A DNA stretch of 64,000 nucleotides from Antedon mediterranea (GCF_964355755.1 NC_092678.1:3550422-3614421); one strand, 5' to 3'. Shown: positions 50,601-63,037, counted from the stretch's first letter. The notes: a model not told the origin generated them from the sequence alone. Translations and numbers: made by a program.

Positions 50601-53600
50601 CGTTCGTTATGAATGACGTCATTATATACACCACAATGCAGTTCGTTAGGCGGAAGCGCGATTTGATCGAGGTCATGTTTACTTTTTTTCGCATAGCGCG
50701 ATCCCCAAGAAATAGCATCCATTTCATCATAGAAGGGGAATTATTACCTGAAACGTTATTGTGGTCCTTGGTTAAAGTATAGGTACGTCGCACCCTCTGA
50801 TATTGTCAAGTTGAACTCGTCTATTTTTCACACGCTTTACAATATTCTTAAAAACATGTAGGCCTATACGTGAGTCTTTCTTCCGACTCCCGACAAGTCT
50901 TCTTTCCTTCACATATTTTTTACGAACCTCGTAATGGCATCGGTCAACATTTTTTAGTTAAATAAAATACTCACTATCTAGAGAAATAAAAATGACTTAG
51001 GCCTAGGTCCTATCGCGCGAGTTTGACTGCGAGATGACCGCAATCATCCCAGTGCAGCAGACTGCAGAGTTCAGTTTTTGGGGTCAAATTGAGACCGCGA
51101 TTGTGTTGCAGCTAAAAATTGCTCCGCGGAAACCGGTTTCAGAACGGTTCTTTGCGATCGAGACCGCAATCAATTGGGGTTTTTGAAACCGTTTTTAAGA
51201 TCGGTTCTTTTTTGTGGGGACCCATTTCTGCTGGCAAGGAAAAAAACGGTTCTTGAAAAGAACGGTATTCGAAACCGTATTCTCTGCTCTATAGAAACAG
51301 GCCCGTAGAGAATCTTGTGTGTGTGTGCTGTCTAGTTTGCCACGTTTGAGAAGCACTTTAAATGACCTCGTAAATTATGACAATTCTTGGCAATTTGCCT
51401 AACTGGAGAATGAATGAATTTTTTAGAGTCTACTACATACCACACTGTATCAGAACCTGTATATACATATTAGTGGGAGTGAAGTTGTTTCTCATAAAAT
51501 ATCCCTGCAGACAATATTTGAACCTACAACCCTGAAACCAATATACAACTCCACAGTGTCAATAAAAAGTTGGTAGGCAGTTTAGTACACAGACACACAC
51601 AGTACATGATGGTTGCTATTAAATGCGTTAGGAAAGCTTTTACTATTGTCCCATGGTGTCAACAGTGAGATTTGATTAAATGTAATTTGCATGTGAAAAC
51701 AATTCTCTGTATCATATTCAAATCCTACGGCATGTTGAAGCATGCTGATCGACCATTTGATCTCAATTAATTTTATGGAATTTATTCCGTTTACTTTGTT
51801 TGTATGTACTAAAGTAGTGAATATTGAATTTTAGAAAATCCAGCATTGTCCATTACTTTGTCTGCAATACTACTGTACAGTAACAAAATTTTTTTATTAA
51901 CCTGCTACTACAATAAAGGACAATACAAAGTTAATTATTATTAAACAAATCTGCAGGTACTGATAATCTATGACAGATTAAATATTACTGTAACAGTACT
52001 GTTTATAACCATAAAAACAAATACAGAATATATTAATAAATTATAATTCAGGACCTTGAAGCAGTGGAATATAAATATGATATTTATTATCAAATATATA
52101 ATATTTACCAACTGTTGTTTAGTGATATTGCTCCATATGGAACTGATTGATTGGTTTCAACAATAATCTAATAACAAACAATAGAAAATGCATATAACCC
52201 GTAGAATAGCACAATATTTCAGACTACCAAACCTGCAGTTAATTCCAAATTAAAAATTCCTTATGTAGAGAAACTTTAAGATACTCTCAGTAATATCAGA
52301 GGCATAGAAGCAACTTATGGGTACCCCACCTGACTAATCTTCTCTATGTTTCTTATATCAATGTATTTTAAATGTATTTATTACGGAAATGTATCTTTTT
52401 GTTATAGGAACTGCTTAAACTTTATGACAGAAGAAATGAAAAATCCCAAAAGGTTTGTAAAACAATTTAAAAATATTTCTATTTTCTTCTTTAATTATTA
52501 AAATATAATTTGAAAAAATCAATCAATTTAGAGGTACAGTATGAGTGCCTTTTCTGTACTTAGTATTAATAACTTGACAGTACTTATTTTTTATAACAGA
52601 GACTTGCCGAAAGCAATTGTTGCTGGATTGTTCCTTTGTGTCGTAATCTATGTGTTAACAAATGTCGCTTATTTCTCTATCCTCACAACTGATGAAATAA
52701 TGATATCAAATGCTGTGGCTGTGGTAAGAAGGCATTGAAAAACATTTTTTTCTTTAGAATAAAAAAAAAATTACACCCGAAATTTTTTTAAAATATACTA
52801 GATAATTAAAATAATGTTAATGCAGAAATGTATTGTACCATTAACTTCCAATTTGTATTTACTTGTTTTGTTTTATATGATAGACATTTGGTGAGAAAGC
52901 GCTTGGAAAGTTTGCTTGGATCATTCCAGTGTCTGTGGCTCTATCGACCCTTGGCTCCATCAATGGTAGTCTATTGGCCATCTCCAGGTATATATCATTC
53001 CAATTGGTGGAATCTAGGTTCTCCGTAAGGATTACTTAACTTCGCTTAACTTAAGTGTTATTAGATCTATATTTTTTGATAGGTTGTATCTTTTTGTAAG
53101 GCCTTGAGATCCAAAATTGTGTATGACACATTTTGTTTAAGGAATTTTTTTAATCTATAGTACATAACTTTAATTGTAGAATGTAATATTTTTTTTACTT
53201 CTGTGCTCTGTTCTGGGTTGACCAACTGGGTTCAGCACCTGTTTAGTCTTTCCTTGCCTTTTTGTCTTTCCTTGCTGTTCTGGGTTGACCAACTAGCATA
53301 GGTGTTTAGCACCTGTTTGGTCTTTTCTTGTCTTTTATATTTGTTTTGTCTTTGTATTGTATATGGCAGAAAATTGAATGAATAAATAAATAACAACGCT
53401 ACTGGTTCAATGTGCTCTCCAAATAAATTAAAACTTCAAAAAGCAATATGGTACTATATGAATGATTAATTATTATCTAAACAAACTATGGTTTAATGAT
53501 TACACTACAATAGTTTAATTTAGCACAGATTGTACGTTAGCCAATCACAGCATTCTGGATGATTTCATTTCCAACAGAATACAGTATTATAATTGCCATT

Positions 53601-55559
53601 CTTTGTTGTTGCCAACCTTTAGGCTATTATTACTAGGTTGAATGTTATGAGAGTTTGTGCGGGAAAATCAATAGAGTAGGTTCACAGGAAATTAAACCCT
53701 AGAAGTGATAAAGGCATATATTATTAAGTATGAAAAGATGAAAAAAAATATGTGAGATGGAAAACAGTTATCCAAACAAGATTTTAAAGATGTATTGTCC
53801 CTTTGTCAAATTCCAAAAAAATAAAAATAAAAAGATTTTCGAAAAAAAGTGGGTCATTTTGAAGTATCATAATAGTTATTAACTTTCATCAAAAATTAGT
53901 CGAAAAAAAAATCATTTAACTGAAATACAGACGTTTTTTGGTTAAAAAAATAACTTTGACTTCCAGTCAAAGTTTTCGATCAAAACATATCTTATAATGC
54001 AATGCGCTTATTTGGCTACTCTGTATGCATAATCCTAAAACTTCCTCGCGATCTGTGTGAAAACACCTTCTCAACCATGACGAGTTGTAAACAATCCTAA
54101 TTAGCATCATGCATAATGTGTACTCATGTTTGAAATCTTTGTTTACTTTCGCTCGCGACTATTTTCCAGACGAAATGTAATCAAATTAATTTAGCTGTTA
54201 ATTACGTAAAATTGTTGTTTTTGGCTCGAATTTTCGACTTAAAGTGAATAACTTTAATATTACTTTGATATGGCCAATTAAAATTTAGTATATTTTGACC
54301 TTCATGTTTCAAGGGACAATACATCTTTATATTATTATAATTATAATTTAGATTTTTGTTATTATTTGTCTGTTTGAAAATGTACAGACAAATTCTTAAC
54401 CCGCCTGGTTATAATTTATTTAAATTTGTTTTGAACTGAAGATAAAAAGAAGTTCTCTTTTTAATGGTAATTTTCATCATCAATATCTTGTTTAGGGGCA
54501 TCCAGTTTTGTACAGTAATGTCAAGTTTTTTTTTTCAGATTATATTTTGCTGGTGCCAGAGATGGTATGCTTCCTAGTATAATTGCAATGGTGAACCTAA
54601 GATTCAAGACCCCTCTTCCATCTCTCCTAATCACGGTACATATTGTATATTGAAGGATGTTTTTTATTTAATCCTTTTGAAAGTAGTCTGAGCATTTATC
54701 GCGACTTCTACAGTACCATTCATTATGTACATGTTTCATTTCTCTACAGTGTGTTACCACCCTAATCTACGTTTTTGTTGATGATGTTTGGATGTTGATA
54801 AACTTCTTCAGTTTTGTTGAATGGAGTGCCAGTGGTTTGGCCGTTGCATCCCTTTTGTACCTTAGATGGAAACGTCCTGATATTGCTAAGCCTTACACAG
54901 TAGGTTACAATTCACTTATACAAAGACACTTGTAGATATGCATACAGTAGAACAGTAACACTGTAACAGTAACAGGATCTGGCTGTTAGTAACTATTTGA
55001 GGACATGTTGGGTTCCGAAGGTATCCCCTTTGTAGGGGATCTACTGAATATATAGTTTATGATAATATATGCCTGTAATTTTAAGGATACTTCCATCAAA
55101 CAAAGTTGCAATGTGTTATATATTTTCAGATCAACTTGGCTATACCAATCATTTTTGTTTTGGCATCTATCGGCTTGCTTATACTCGGAACAATATCAGA
55201 TCCATTGGACACATTAATTGGGGTCATTATTACATTGAGTGGATTGCCTATCTACTATCTCACAATCTACAGAAAACCACGCATTGAATGCATCTCAAAT
55301 TTATCTAGTAAGTTTTGGATATTCCTTGTTTTATAGTAATGTATATTGTAAGACCAAACATGATTTTAGTAATTTTTCTCTGGGGTGGGTTTATATAACA
55401 TAACAATCTCATGTTTTTCCAGGAACACAATTTGGAAATAAACATCAATTTATCTTTGTTATTTTAGAGAAAACAACTCATTTCTTGCAAAAACTTCTTC
55501 GGGTAGTTGGGGAAGATTCTGTAGTGAAAAATGGAGAAGAAGATGAAAAGAGGATCTGA
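44672..55559 (+). CDS. SLC7-family L-type amino-acid transporter light chain (LAT/y+LAT/b0,+AT-like)
   Basis: Exons 44672-45122, 46188-46313, 50281-50377, 52408-52452, 52600-52723, 52884-52987, 54539-54635, 54750-54899, 55130-55307 and 55468-55559. Motifs: [64 protein letters not shown]. The Cys in [11 protein letters not shown] matches the heavy-chain disulfide loop. Confidence 0.95.
46942..47283. repeat. Recent intronic tandem duplication, unit about 172 bp
   Basis: AAGAATTTTT...GATGGAATATAGATTATGATA...CAGTTACAATAT occurs twice with few differences. Confidence 0.9.
47740..48591 (+). mobile_element. Non-autonomous PIF/Harbinger element with a Myb/SANT-like ORF remnant
   Basis: TTA|AGCCCCTTTCTCACAGA...TCTGTGAGAAAGGGGCT|TTA. 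48033-48110 encodes [22 protein letters not shown]. Confidence 0.85.
50475..51304. mobile_element. Non-autonomous TIR element, Harbinger-like
   Basis: TIR GGGCCTGTTTCTAT / ATAGAAACAGGCCC with subterminal AACCG/CGGTT repeats. The TSD is imperfect. Confidence 0.75.
53209..53335. repeat. Short tandem duplication (about 66 bp)
   Basis: TGTTCTGGGTTGACCAACT...AGCACCTGTTT occurs twice. Confidence 0.75.
53788..54326. mobile_element. Kolobok-like non-autonomous element, copy 1
   Basis: TTAA|AGATGTATTGTCCC...GGGACAATACATCT|TTAT. Confidence 0.75.
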
Positions 55560-56642
55560 TAGGAGTGCATACTTAAAAGTACAAAAGTACTACAAAAACC
55601 GGGTCTTGTAATTATACTGTATTGTTTTCTCTGTATGTACTTTTTTTTTTGGTTAAACAGTATTCTGACTTGCCTTTAGAACTCATTGTTATTTAGTCTA
55701 ATGAACTTAAAAAACGCTTCAAATATACATGCTCAGTACAAAATATATTTACAACTCAATTTGTGCTGAGATTATAAATTATTACCTAATGTATTTTATA
55801 TTTAAAACTGTGTGCTTATGTTATCTGGAGGACTACCATAAAAAGTCCAGATAAAAAATTCTTGATGTACACCGATTGATGGTTGCAGTTTGGGAGAGAG
55901 AGGAGTCAGAAACTTGAGAACTAACCCTCCTCCTTTCCCTTGTCTTAAACGAAAGGCCATACCCATAAACATGTCCTGATGTTTTGTTTGTTTATATTAG
56001 GCCTACAGAACTTAACCACTTGAACATAAAGCTCTCCTTAATACCGTATATAAACATATTGTCTGAATATTTGCCAAATTTAACTAGCTCCTGTGTGAAA
56101 ACTTTCAGTACTTAGGTATTTGAAAATTTACTTAAGGGATAAATTTTAAAAGTAGGTCAGTGATAAATAGCTGCACATTTTAACTGATTTAAGAACAAAC
56201 TGTTCGATGTGTATTTTATGGTTTTATTCTTGCCAAAGTTAAAAAAAAAATGTTAACTTCAAGCAATTCTTTTATTAAAACTGTACTAATTGAGTATAAA
56301 AAATTGTTTTCTTTTTTTGAATAAGCTTAATTGCTGCCAACTAAAGTATAATTAAGTACAAGACCTTAATATTGGGTACAAGGCAGAAGCAGAACCATTT
56401 AACAGGGGGAAAATAGCGCAATGAATAAAAAATATTATATAACTCATAATTCAATATATCTAATAATTAATATCTAGTGTAGTGTATATTCCTATTTGAT
56501 GGTGTTTTGTGTTTTATTATTACATTTATTGTTGATTTTAATATTTTTTTTCATTCAGAATACATATTTTGTCTTCATTTTTACCCTTTATTTCTTGTTT
56601 ATCCGAACTCAAATATAAACATATTTTTTTCATTTTATTTAA

Positions 56643-56958
56643 AGATGTATTGTCCCCCAAAAACATCAAAAATGAATATTAATTAAATCAGACTTTAAAT
56701 ATGTTATTTTGTAGTTTTAATCAAGTTAATCACTTCCATAGAAAATAAAATGAAAAAGAAAAATATTTTCACTTAAATTCAACCAAAAATGGCAGCGAAT
56801 TTGACCATTTTTTGCTTTAAATTTTGTCAGGTAAATCCATCAAATTTTTGGTCAAACTATTATCAGGGTGGTTACTACTCCCTGCTATTAATTATTATTA
56901 TTAAATATAAAAAAATGTTTTACTTTTAGAATTATTTTTTTAGTGGGGAAATACATCT
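56643..56958. mobile_element. Kolobok-like non-autonomous element, copy 2 (same TIR, different interior)
   Basis: TTAA|AGATGTATTGTCCCC...GGGGAAATACATCT|TTAA. Confidence 0.75.
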
Positions 56959-58089
56959 TTAATTTAATTATGTGCAAATATGGAGAATAAAAAGGAAATA
57001 GTGAGCAAAATATATCCAAAAGCGAAACACAAACCAAATTTGAATTTCTAACAAATTTTAATCAGTACTTTACTGTATTTTTTGTTTTGTCCATTTCAAT
57101 TTAAATTGAATGCAACATACGATGGTCACTTTTGGATGCGCACAAAGATCGGTTTGCTTTCTCTGCGCATCATTTAAATATTGAGGGCGCTATGTTTGTA
57201 AATAACAAAACACAACAAACAAATGAAGAGAGGAGAGCCTGCCAGAGATTTCTTTCAAGTACGTACGTAAATATTTGTTTAAAATTGTTTCCTAATAATT
57301 ATAACTAAACATATAAAATAACCAACTAAAGCTAGGCTAGGCCTTGCGTATGAATAGTAGTACTAGGCCTAGGAGGCCTAAATAAATGATGTGTAGGCCT
57401 ATTTACCAAAATCATACAGCTAAGGCCTCCCACACTGCACAGCCGATAAAGGATGAGGCACGAGCAGGTCCTCCCAGGTACATACATGCGCATGGTCTGT
57501 CTCGGCCTACAACAAGCCTTGCTCTAGTAAGACCTAGGCCTAGCTATGTAGTACGTAGAGGCCTAGTCTTATTTATTAGGCCTAGAAAGGTAGGCCCGGC
57601 TAGCTATCTGGTGAACTAGCTGTAATAGCGAAGTAGAAAAGAAGAGAATGTCAGCTGATTGTTCGGGTAAAACAAAATTGGTCATGCATGTACGTAAATT
57701 TTGGAGAAATAAAACACAACGTTTAGGACTGGTTCGTTTGATCAACTTGTTGGCGTAATGATGTGGTTAGGAAGCTAAGGGTTGTGGTTCGATTCTTGTA
57801 TTTAAAAAAAGGATGACTTCGGTGCAGCTATGTAAATTTAAAAAACCTCAATATTGTCAATAAATTTAAAAGTTGTGGGTTGTTATTATTTCAAATTACC
57901 TACAGTATATACCTATTTTCTCCTAATTTTATCTCCTATTCTAAAAGTAGGCCCTATGCCAGTGCTATTTCTTTCACTATATTGATCCATTTTAGAAGTT
58001 GCAACTGCTTTGAGAACCAAGTATCACTACTTTCTAATCTCTCTATTCTACTCTTTCTCTTCCTGCAGATTTCATAGCAATTTCACATT

Positions 58090-60216
58090 ATGGTTAATCC
58101 GGTGATTCTTCCGAATTCAGTTAGCAGTAAAGACTGGTCAGTTGCTGAAGAAAACCTAGACATTGTACTTATTCAGTTTTATCGCTGTAAATTATGCAAT
58201 AACAAGTTTAGCTCATTAAGTCGGTCTGTTGTAATTGCTCATATGATTGGAGTTCATGAATCGGAGTGGAAGGCAGCTTGTGTGAAGGTCAAAGATTCGA
58301 AAAATAACAAAGGGCTGGTAGATAATACAAGCAGTAAACAACAAGAAGTCATCAAAAATATATCAAGGGAACAGCAAGAAGTTATCGAGAATCTATGCAA
58401 ACAGTATTCTCCAACAAAAACTAATTTATCGTCTCCACCAAAAAGTTTACACACACGGATTATACTTGACAGTGATATGGTACCTCGTCCCACAAGTGCC
58501 AAGAAAACATGGAAAAGGTCTGCAGAACCCACATCAGAAAATGAACCACAGAATAAAAAGATTGATATAACAAAATCATACATTAGCAAAAGTAGTGCTA
58601 CAGACAAAACAACGGTGGACTCTTTATCAGTTAGTACTGGTTCTGTAGGACCATTGTTTAGCAATACAACTATGCCGCGGGCTATTTTGAGTGTTCAAAA
58701 TGGTGTTACCTATGTGACACATATTAACCAGCCTACTGTCACTTTAGAACAACCTGTTGTCACTATTGGACAACCTGCTGTTACCCTTGGGCAACCTGCA
58801 ATCACACTTGGGCAACCTGCAGTCACGCTTGGGCAGTCTGCAGTAGTGCTTGGGCAACCTGGCATTACTCAGGAACAACCTTGCCTCACTCTTGAACAAC
58901 CTGTGATTAATTTGAAATTAGTTTCTACAGATGGCAAAAACTTAGAACTACCTCAAGACTGTTCACCAGCAAAAGATAAGGAGATCTGTTGTAAGCAGTG
59001 TGGCTTTAAGTGTTCAAGCTGGAATGAACACTGGTCTCACTCGCACGAGCATCTACCAACCACTGAAAAAATACGATATCAATGCCAGACATGCAAAGTC
59101 AGCTTTGCTAGATATGGTAAGCTACATCAGCATCAGGAATCAACACCAGAATGTCGGGTACCACAGGGAAATGGAGTCTCACTAACAATTAGTTGTGCAC
59201 TCTGCAATTTCACAACAAACACCAGACATTCTTTAAATATCCATATAGGGATGCAGCACAAAGAGAAACCAAAAGAAATAAAGATTGTGTATTGTACTGG
59301 TTGTAATGCCAGATTTAATTCAAACAAATCACTACGCAGACATCACAAGAATGGAAGATGTGGCAAAAAAAGAGGTCGTCCAAAGGGAGTTAAATCAAAA
59401 ACTCCTTACAAAAGAAAATCTTGTCCACCACCAACATCACAACCAGAAATTGTCTGTGACCTTTGCAACAAAATGTTCAGAAAAAAATCGGTATATCGCG
59501 ACCATTATACCTCTCACTTTGAGGAACGAAAACAAAAATGTAAGGAGTGTGACAAAGCTTTCAAAACAAAGAGATCACTTCGGCAACATATGGTGGTGCA
59601 CAAAGGAATAAAACATTCCTGCGACCTCTGCGATTTTGACTCTTTCTGGATTGATAGTATTAAAAAACATAAAGAACTGAAACATTTCAGTGAAAATCTA
59701 CCATACCATACATGTTCAATTTGTCCATACAAAACGAAAGATTCACAAGCTTTAAAGGCTCATGTTAAGTATACTCATCTTGAGACAAAGAACTATATTT
59801 GTGAGACTTGTGGCAAATCATTTAAGTTGGCATCGGCATTGAAGTGCCATCAGGAGACCCACAACAAAGACATACCGTACCCATGCGATAAGTGCGACTA
59901 TGTAGGACACACACGATTCAGTCTGTACAGTCATAAGAAGGTGCATATCACTAAAGATGAGATGAAATATAAATGCAATCAGTGCTCTTGGACTGGCCGT
60001 CGGAGCAATGAGCTTGCGCGACATAAACAGAAGCATTCGGATGACAAACTTTTCTGTTGTCACCATTGTGGGTTAAGCTACAAACATAAACATGGGCTCA
60101 CCAGACATCTTAAAGAAAAACATGTCGGGCACAACTTTACAACTGTTGAAATATCGGAGCCAGAGGAAAGTATATACACAGATGATATTATAGTAGCACA
60201 AGTATTTGAAGTTTAA
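58090..60216 (+). CDS. Multi-C2H2 zinc-finger protein with an AT-hook, 708 aa, single coding exon
   Basis: Uninterrupted ORF with about 13 CxxC...H/H fingers and KKRGRPKG at 59365-59388. Acceptor CTGCAG at 58063-58068 just upstream of the ATG; AATAAA at 60541. Confidence 0.93.
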   Translation: MVNPVILPNSVSSKDWSVAEENLDIVLIQFYRCKLCNNKFSSLSRSVVIAHMIGVHESEWKAACVKVKDSKNNKGLVDNTSSKQQEVIKNISREQQEVIENLCKQYSPTKTNLSSPPKSLHTRIILDSDMVPRPTSAKKTWKRSAEPTSENEPQNKKIDITKSYISKSSATDKTTVDSLSVSTGSVGPLFSNTTMPRAILSVQNGVTYVTHINQPTVTLEQPVVTIGQPAVTLGQPAITLGQPAVTLGQSAVVLGQPGITQEQPCLTLEQPVINLKLVSTDGKNLELPQDCSPAKDKEICCKQCGFKCSSWNEHWSHSHEHLPTTEKIRYQCQTCKVSFARYGKLHQHQESTPECRVPQGNGVSLTISCALCNFTTNTRHSLNIHIGMQHKEKPKEIKIVYCTGCNARFNSNKSLRRHHKNGRCGKKRGRPKGVKSKTPYKRKSCPPPTSQPEIVCDLCNKMFRKKSVYRDHYTSHFEERKQKCKECDKAFKTKRSLRQHMVVHKGIKHSCDLCDFDSFWIDSIKKHKELKHFSENLPYHTCSICPYKTKDSQALKAHVKYTHLETKNYICETCGKSFKLASALKCHQETHNKDIPYPCDKCDYVGHTRFSLYSHKKVHITKDEMKYKCNQCSWTGRRSNELARHKQKHSDDKLFCCHHCGLSYKHKHGLTRHLKEKHVGHNFTTVEISEPEESIYTDDIIVAQVFEV

Positions 60217-60669
60217 AGAAAAGGTTTCTATATCGAATATAAAATGCTTGGCTTGTTGATGCAACTAGTTTGAGCAGTTAGTGACCTTTCATGTTCGTGG
60301 CACGTCACTAGACTAAAGGGGCTTACGTCGAAACAGAACTCAACAAGAAGTTTAAGCGTTATGTGCATGCGCAACAGATTATGAGTTCAAAAAGTAGAAC
60401 GAAACAAATTGTTACAGTTAAATAGTTATTAATTTTATTTGCAATATTAAAATTGTTTCAGAAAACTACTGTTTTTGTAAGCTTTGTGTGACCAATCTCT
60501 ATAGACATGCATACTAAAACAATTTACAAATTACGGGAGCAATAAATATTTTACAGAGTACAGGTACTGGACTTTATTAAGTTGAAAACATTTTAAAGTT
60601 TTTACTACCTGTCATATTATAAATACCGATCACAATCATTTTCCAACTTTTTAAATTACAAAATATCTG

Positions 60670-61904
60670 TTAATTGTTTTTTGACATTGATGACCCCAAT
60701 CTGTAGGTCGTCACCGTCTGTCCATCTCCCTGTACTTGCATTGTTTTCTCAACATTTCGATTTGGAAGCTTATTGACGATCGTTAAACCGTGCTTAAAAC
60801 TTAAAGTAGGAAAAGTTGTTTCTTGTTTAGGAATAGATTTATATACTGGCTGCGGAACACTCGTCACATTTTTAGCTTTATTACAGGCTTCGTTCAAAGC
60901 AGATTTTAAGATTTTCTTTTTTTTACTTTGTTGTTTAGTTTGTAGGTTTGATGAACATTGGGCTTTATACCACATATTTGGATGAGATTCTTTCATGTGT
61001 GTAATCATGTCTGGCTGACTCATTGTGCCAAACTTGTTACATAACTTGCAGCAATATAACTGTACAAGATACACGTTGACGTTCGCCGCTGCAGTTGTCC
61101 AATCGTCCGCACTTGCACCTTTCGGTAAAATTTTTGGTAGAGGTTTCGTTGATTTTGTTGATTCAGGCAAATTTAAGTCTGAAAATAATAAAGAATGTTG
61201 TATTTTATTGTAATAATATTTGCATATTCAGGTGTAGGTGTAAAACAAAATTAGGATGGGAGACATGATCTTTGTTTACCTGAACTTCTACCTGCACGCA
61301 TTTTTTTATTACTGATAATTTCTATTTCTTCAGACTCCCTCGTCCTTTTATCAATTTCCGCAACCTCAACCAATTGTTCCAATGCTGACGCTTCAATCCA
61401 TGTTCCTTCGTTATCTTTCTCTATGTCATCTGTACCAACAGATACCAACTCGACGTCGCTTGTTGCGCCATCGTCTTCATTATCAGATGATGAAGCAGTC
61501 CTTTTTCGTGGCATGTATTTTTGTATTGTTTTGCTTTCAGTGTTTTGTTTAATATGGCCACAGAACACGTTTGGAACATAGTCCGGGTTTTTAGGGTCGT
61601 AAGATGCCTTGCCTGTGAAAATATATAAACAAATATTATTAGCATTGATAATCTAGGAATGTAGTGCGTTCATAGACTTTACCATTTATAGATTGGGGTA
61701 TTGCGGCAGTGACTTACCAGAAATGAAATGTTGACTACAGACTCTAACACGTGCAAGACTTGCTATTGGCAGGTCATTCACCTTCAGAGCATCTATCCAT
61801 AACTTTCTACGTTGTTTTTCGACTGGAATCCGATAATAGCTCACATTTTGTCCACCCTTGCCTCCTCTATTTTGGCACCCAACAACCTTACAAGTGTATG
61901 GCAT
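60670..61904 (-). CDS. THAP-domain protein with a C-terminal atypical C2H2 domain (about 342 aa)
   Basis: Exons 61904-61718, 61612-61280 and 61178-60670, with phase-1 introns. THAP signature MPYTCKVVGC...YYRIP...RRKLW...RVCSQHFISGK...PDYVPNVF. Minus-strand AATAAA at 60578-60573. Confidence 0.9.
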
Positions 61905-63037
61905 TTCTGTTTTTTAATTTTTTCTGCTGAGAAATAGAAATAAAATAAGCAGATAGGTTACTTCAAGTATGCACATCAGATGTAAGCTAAATAATATTAT
62001 AAAATTACTAAACTCGCCCAGGCAGAAGGAAAGCAGCTGTTTGTCTTTACACGACAAGCACACGTCGCTGGGCCGAGCCAATCTACTCGGCTAGGTAATT
62101 TTGTTTAAAGCAGCATAGCTAGCTAGGTAGTGGCCTAGCTAGGCCTCGATTATTGTATACATTTATTCTTATTTTACAAATAAATTATACGTTAAATTAC
62201 ATTGATCATTTCTGTGTGTATTTCCTTGAAGGTTCCCCTCATTATTTAATCAAAATAGCTTTAAATAAGTGGTAAATTAACCAACAAAAATACAAATTAA
62301 CAACAATACTTACGACGTACACTACGGATTTGTTGATGTAGAACGCCCTCAATTTACGGGGAAAACAGATTCAAGTTACATACATTAAAGGGTGGTTCCG
62401 GGTTTAATATTTCTAATGTTTTAATTATTATGAACTCTTACAATTAAATTGTTTATTATAATATATGATTCACATTTTACAAATTTCAGAAGTGTACATT
62501 GTTATTAATGTGCCTATCCTAGATTAGAACAAGAATATTTCTTACAAAAAACGCTGCTCGCTTATTGTTATTGCTAAGGTCAAGTCTGGGGGTCACTTCA
62601 TCACGCCTAGATACTTCAAGTATCCTATTACAAACAAAAACTTCAATGGACTGTTTTGATAATAATTCAATGATTATCTGACAGCGAATTATATCATGGG
62701 ACTCATTTAAATACCAGAATGCTTTGGGATTTGTCGTTAGACTCTTTTCTCAGCCGTTTTTGGATTCAACAGGTGGTACCAATAAATTATAGTGGAGTTT
62801 CCATTTTAACAAAAATGTCAAAGTGTAGTACTATAAAGCTGCTTGATTTCATCTAATGAATGAGTCATCTCGTGTGACGTAGCGGGCTAGAGCAGCAGCG
62901 TGAAAAAAATACAATTGAATGCAATTCATTTTCTGTACTGTAATTATTTTAAATAATAAATACATTTATTTGTAATGTATAGACCTAAAATAGCCTATAG
63001 TGTGTATACAGTATTTATTGCATAAGTTGCATCCCGA

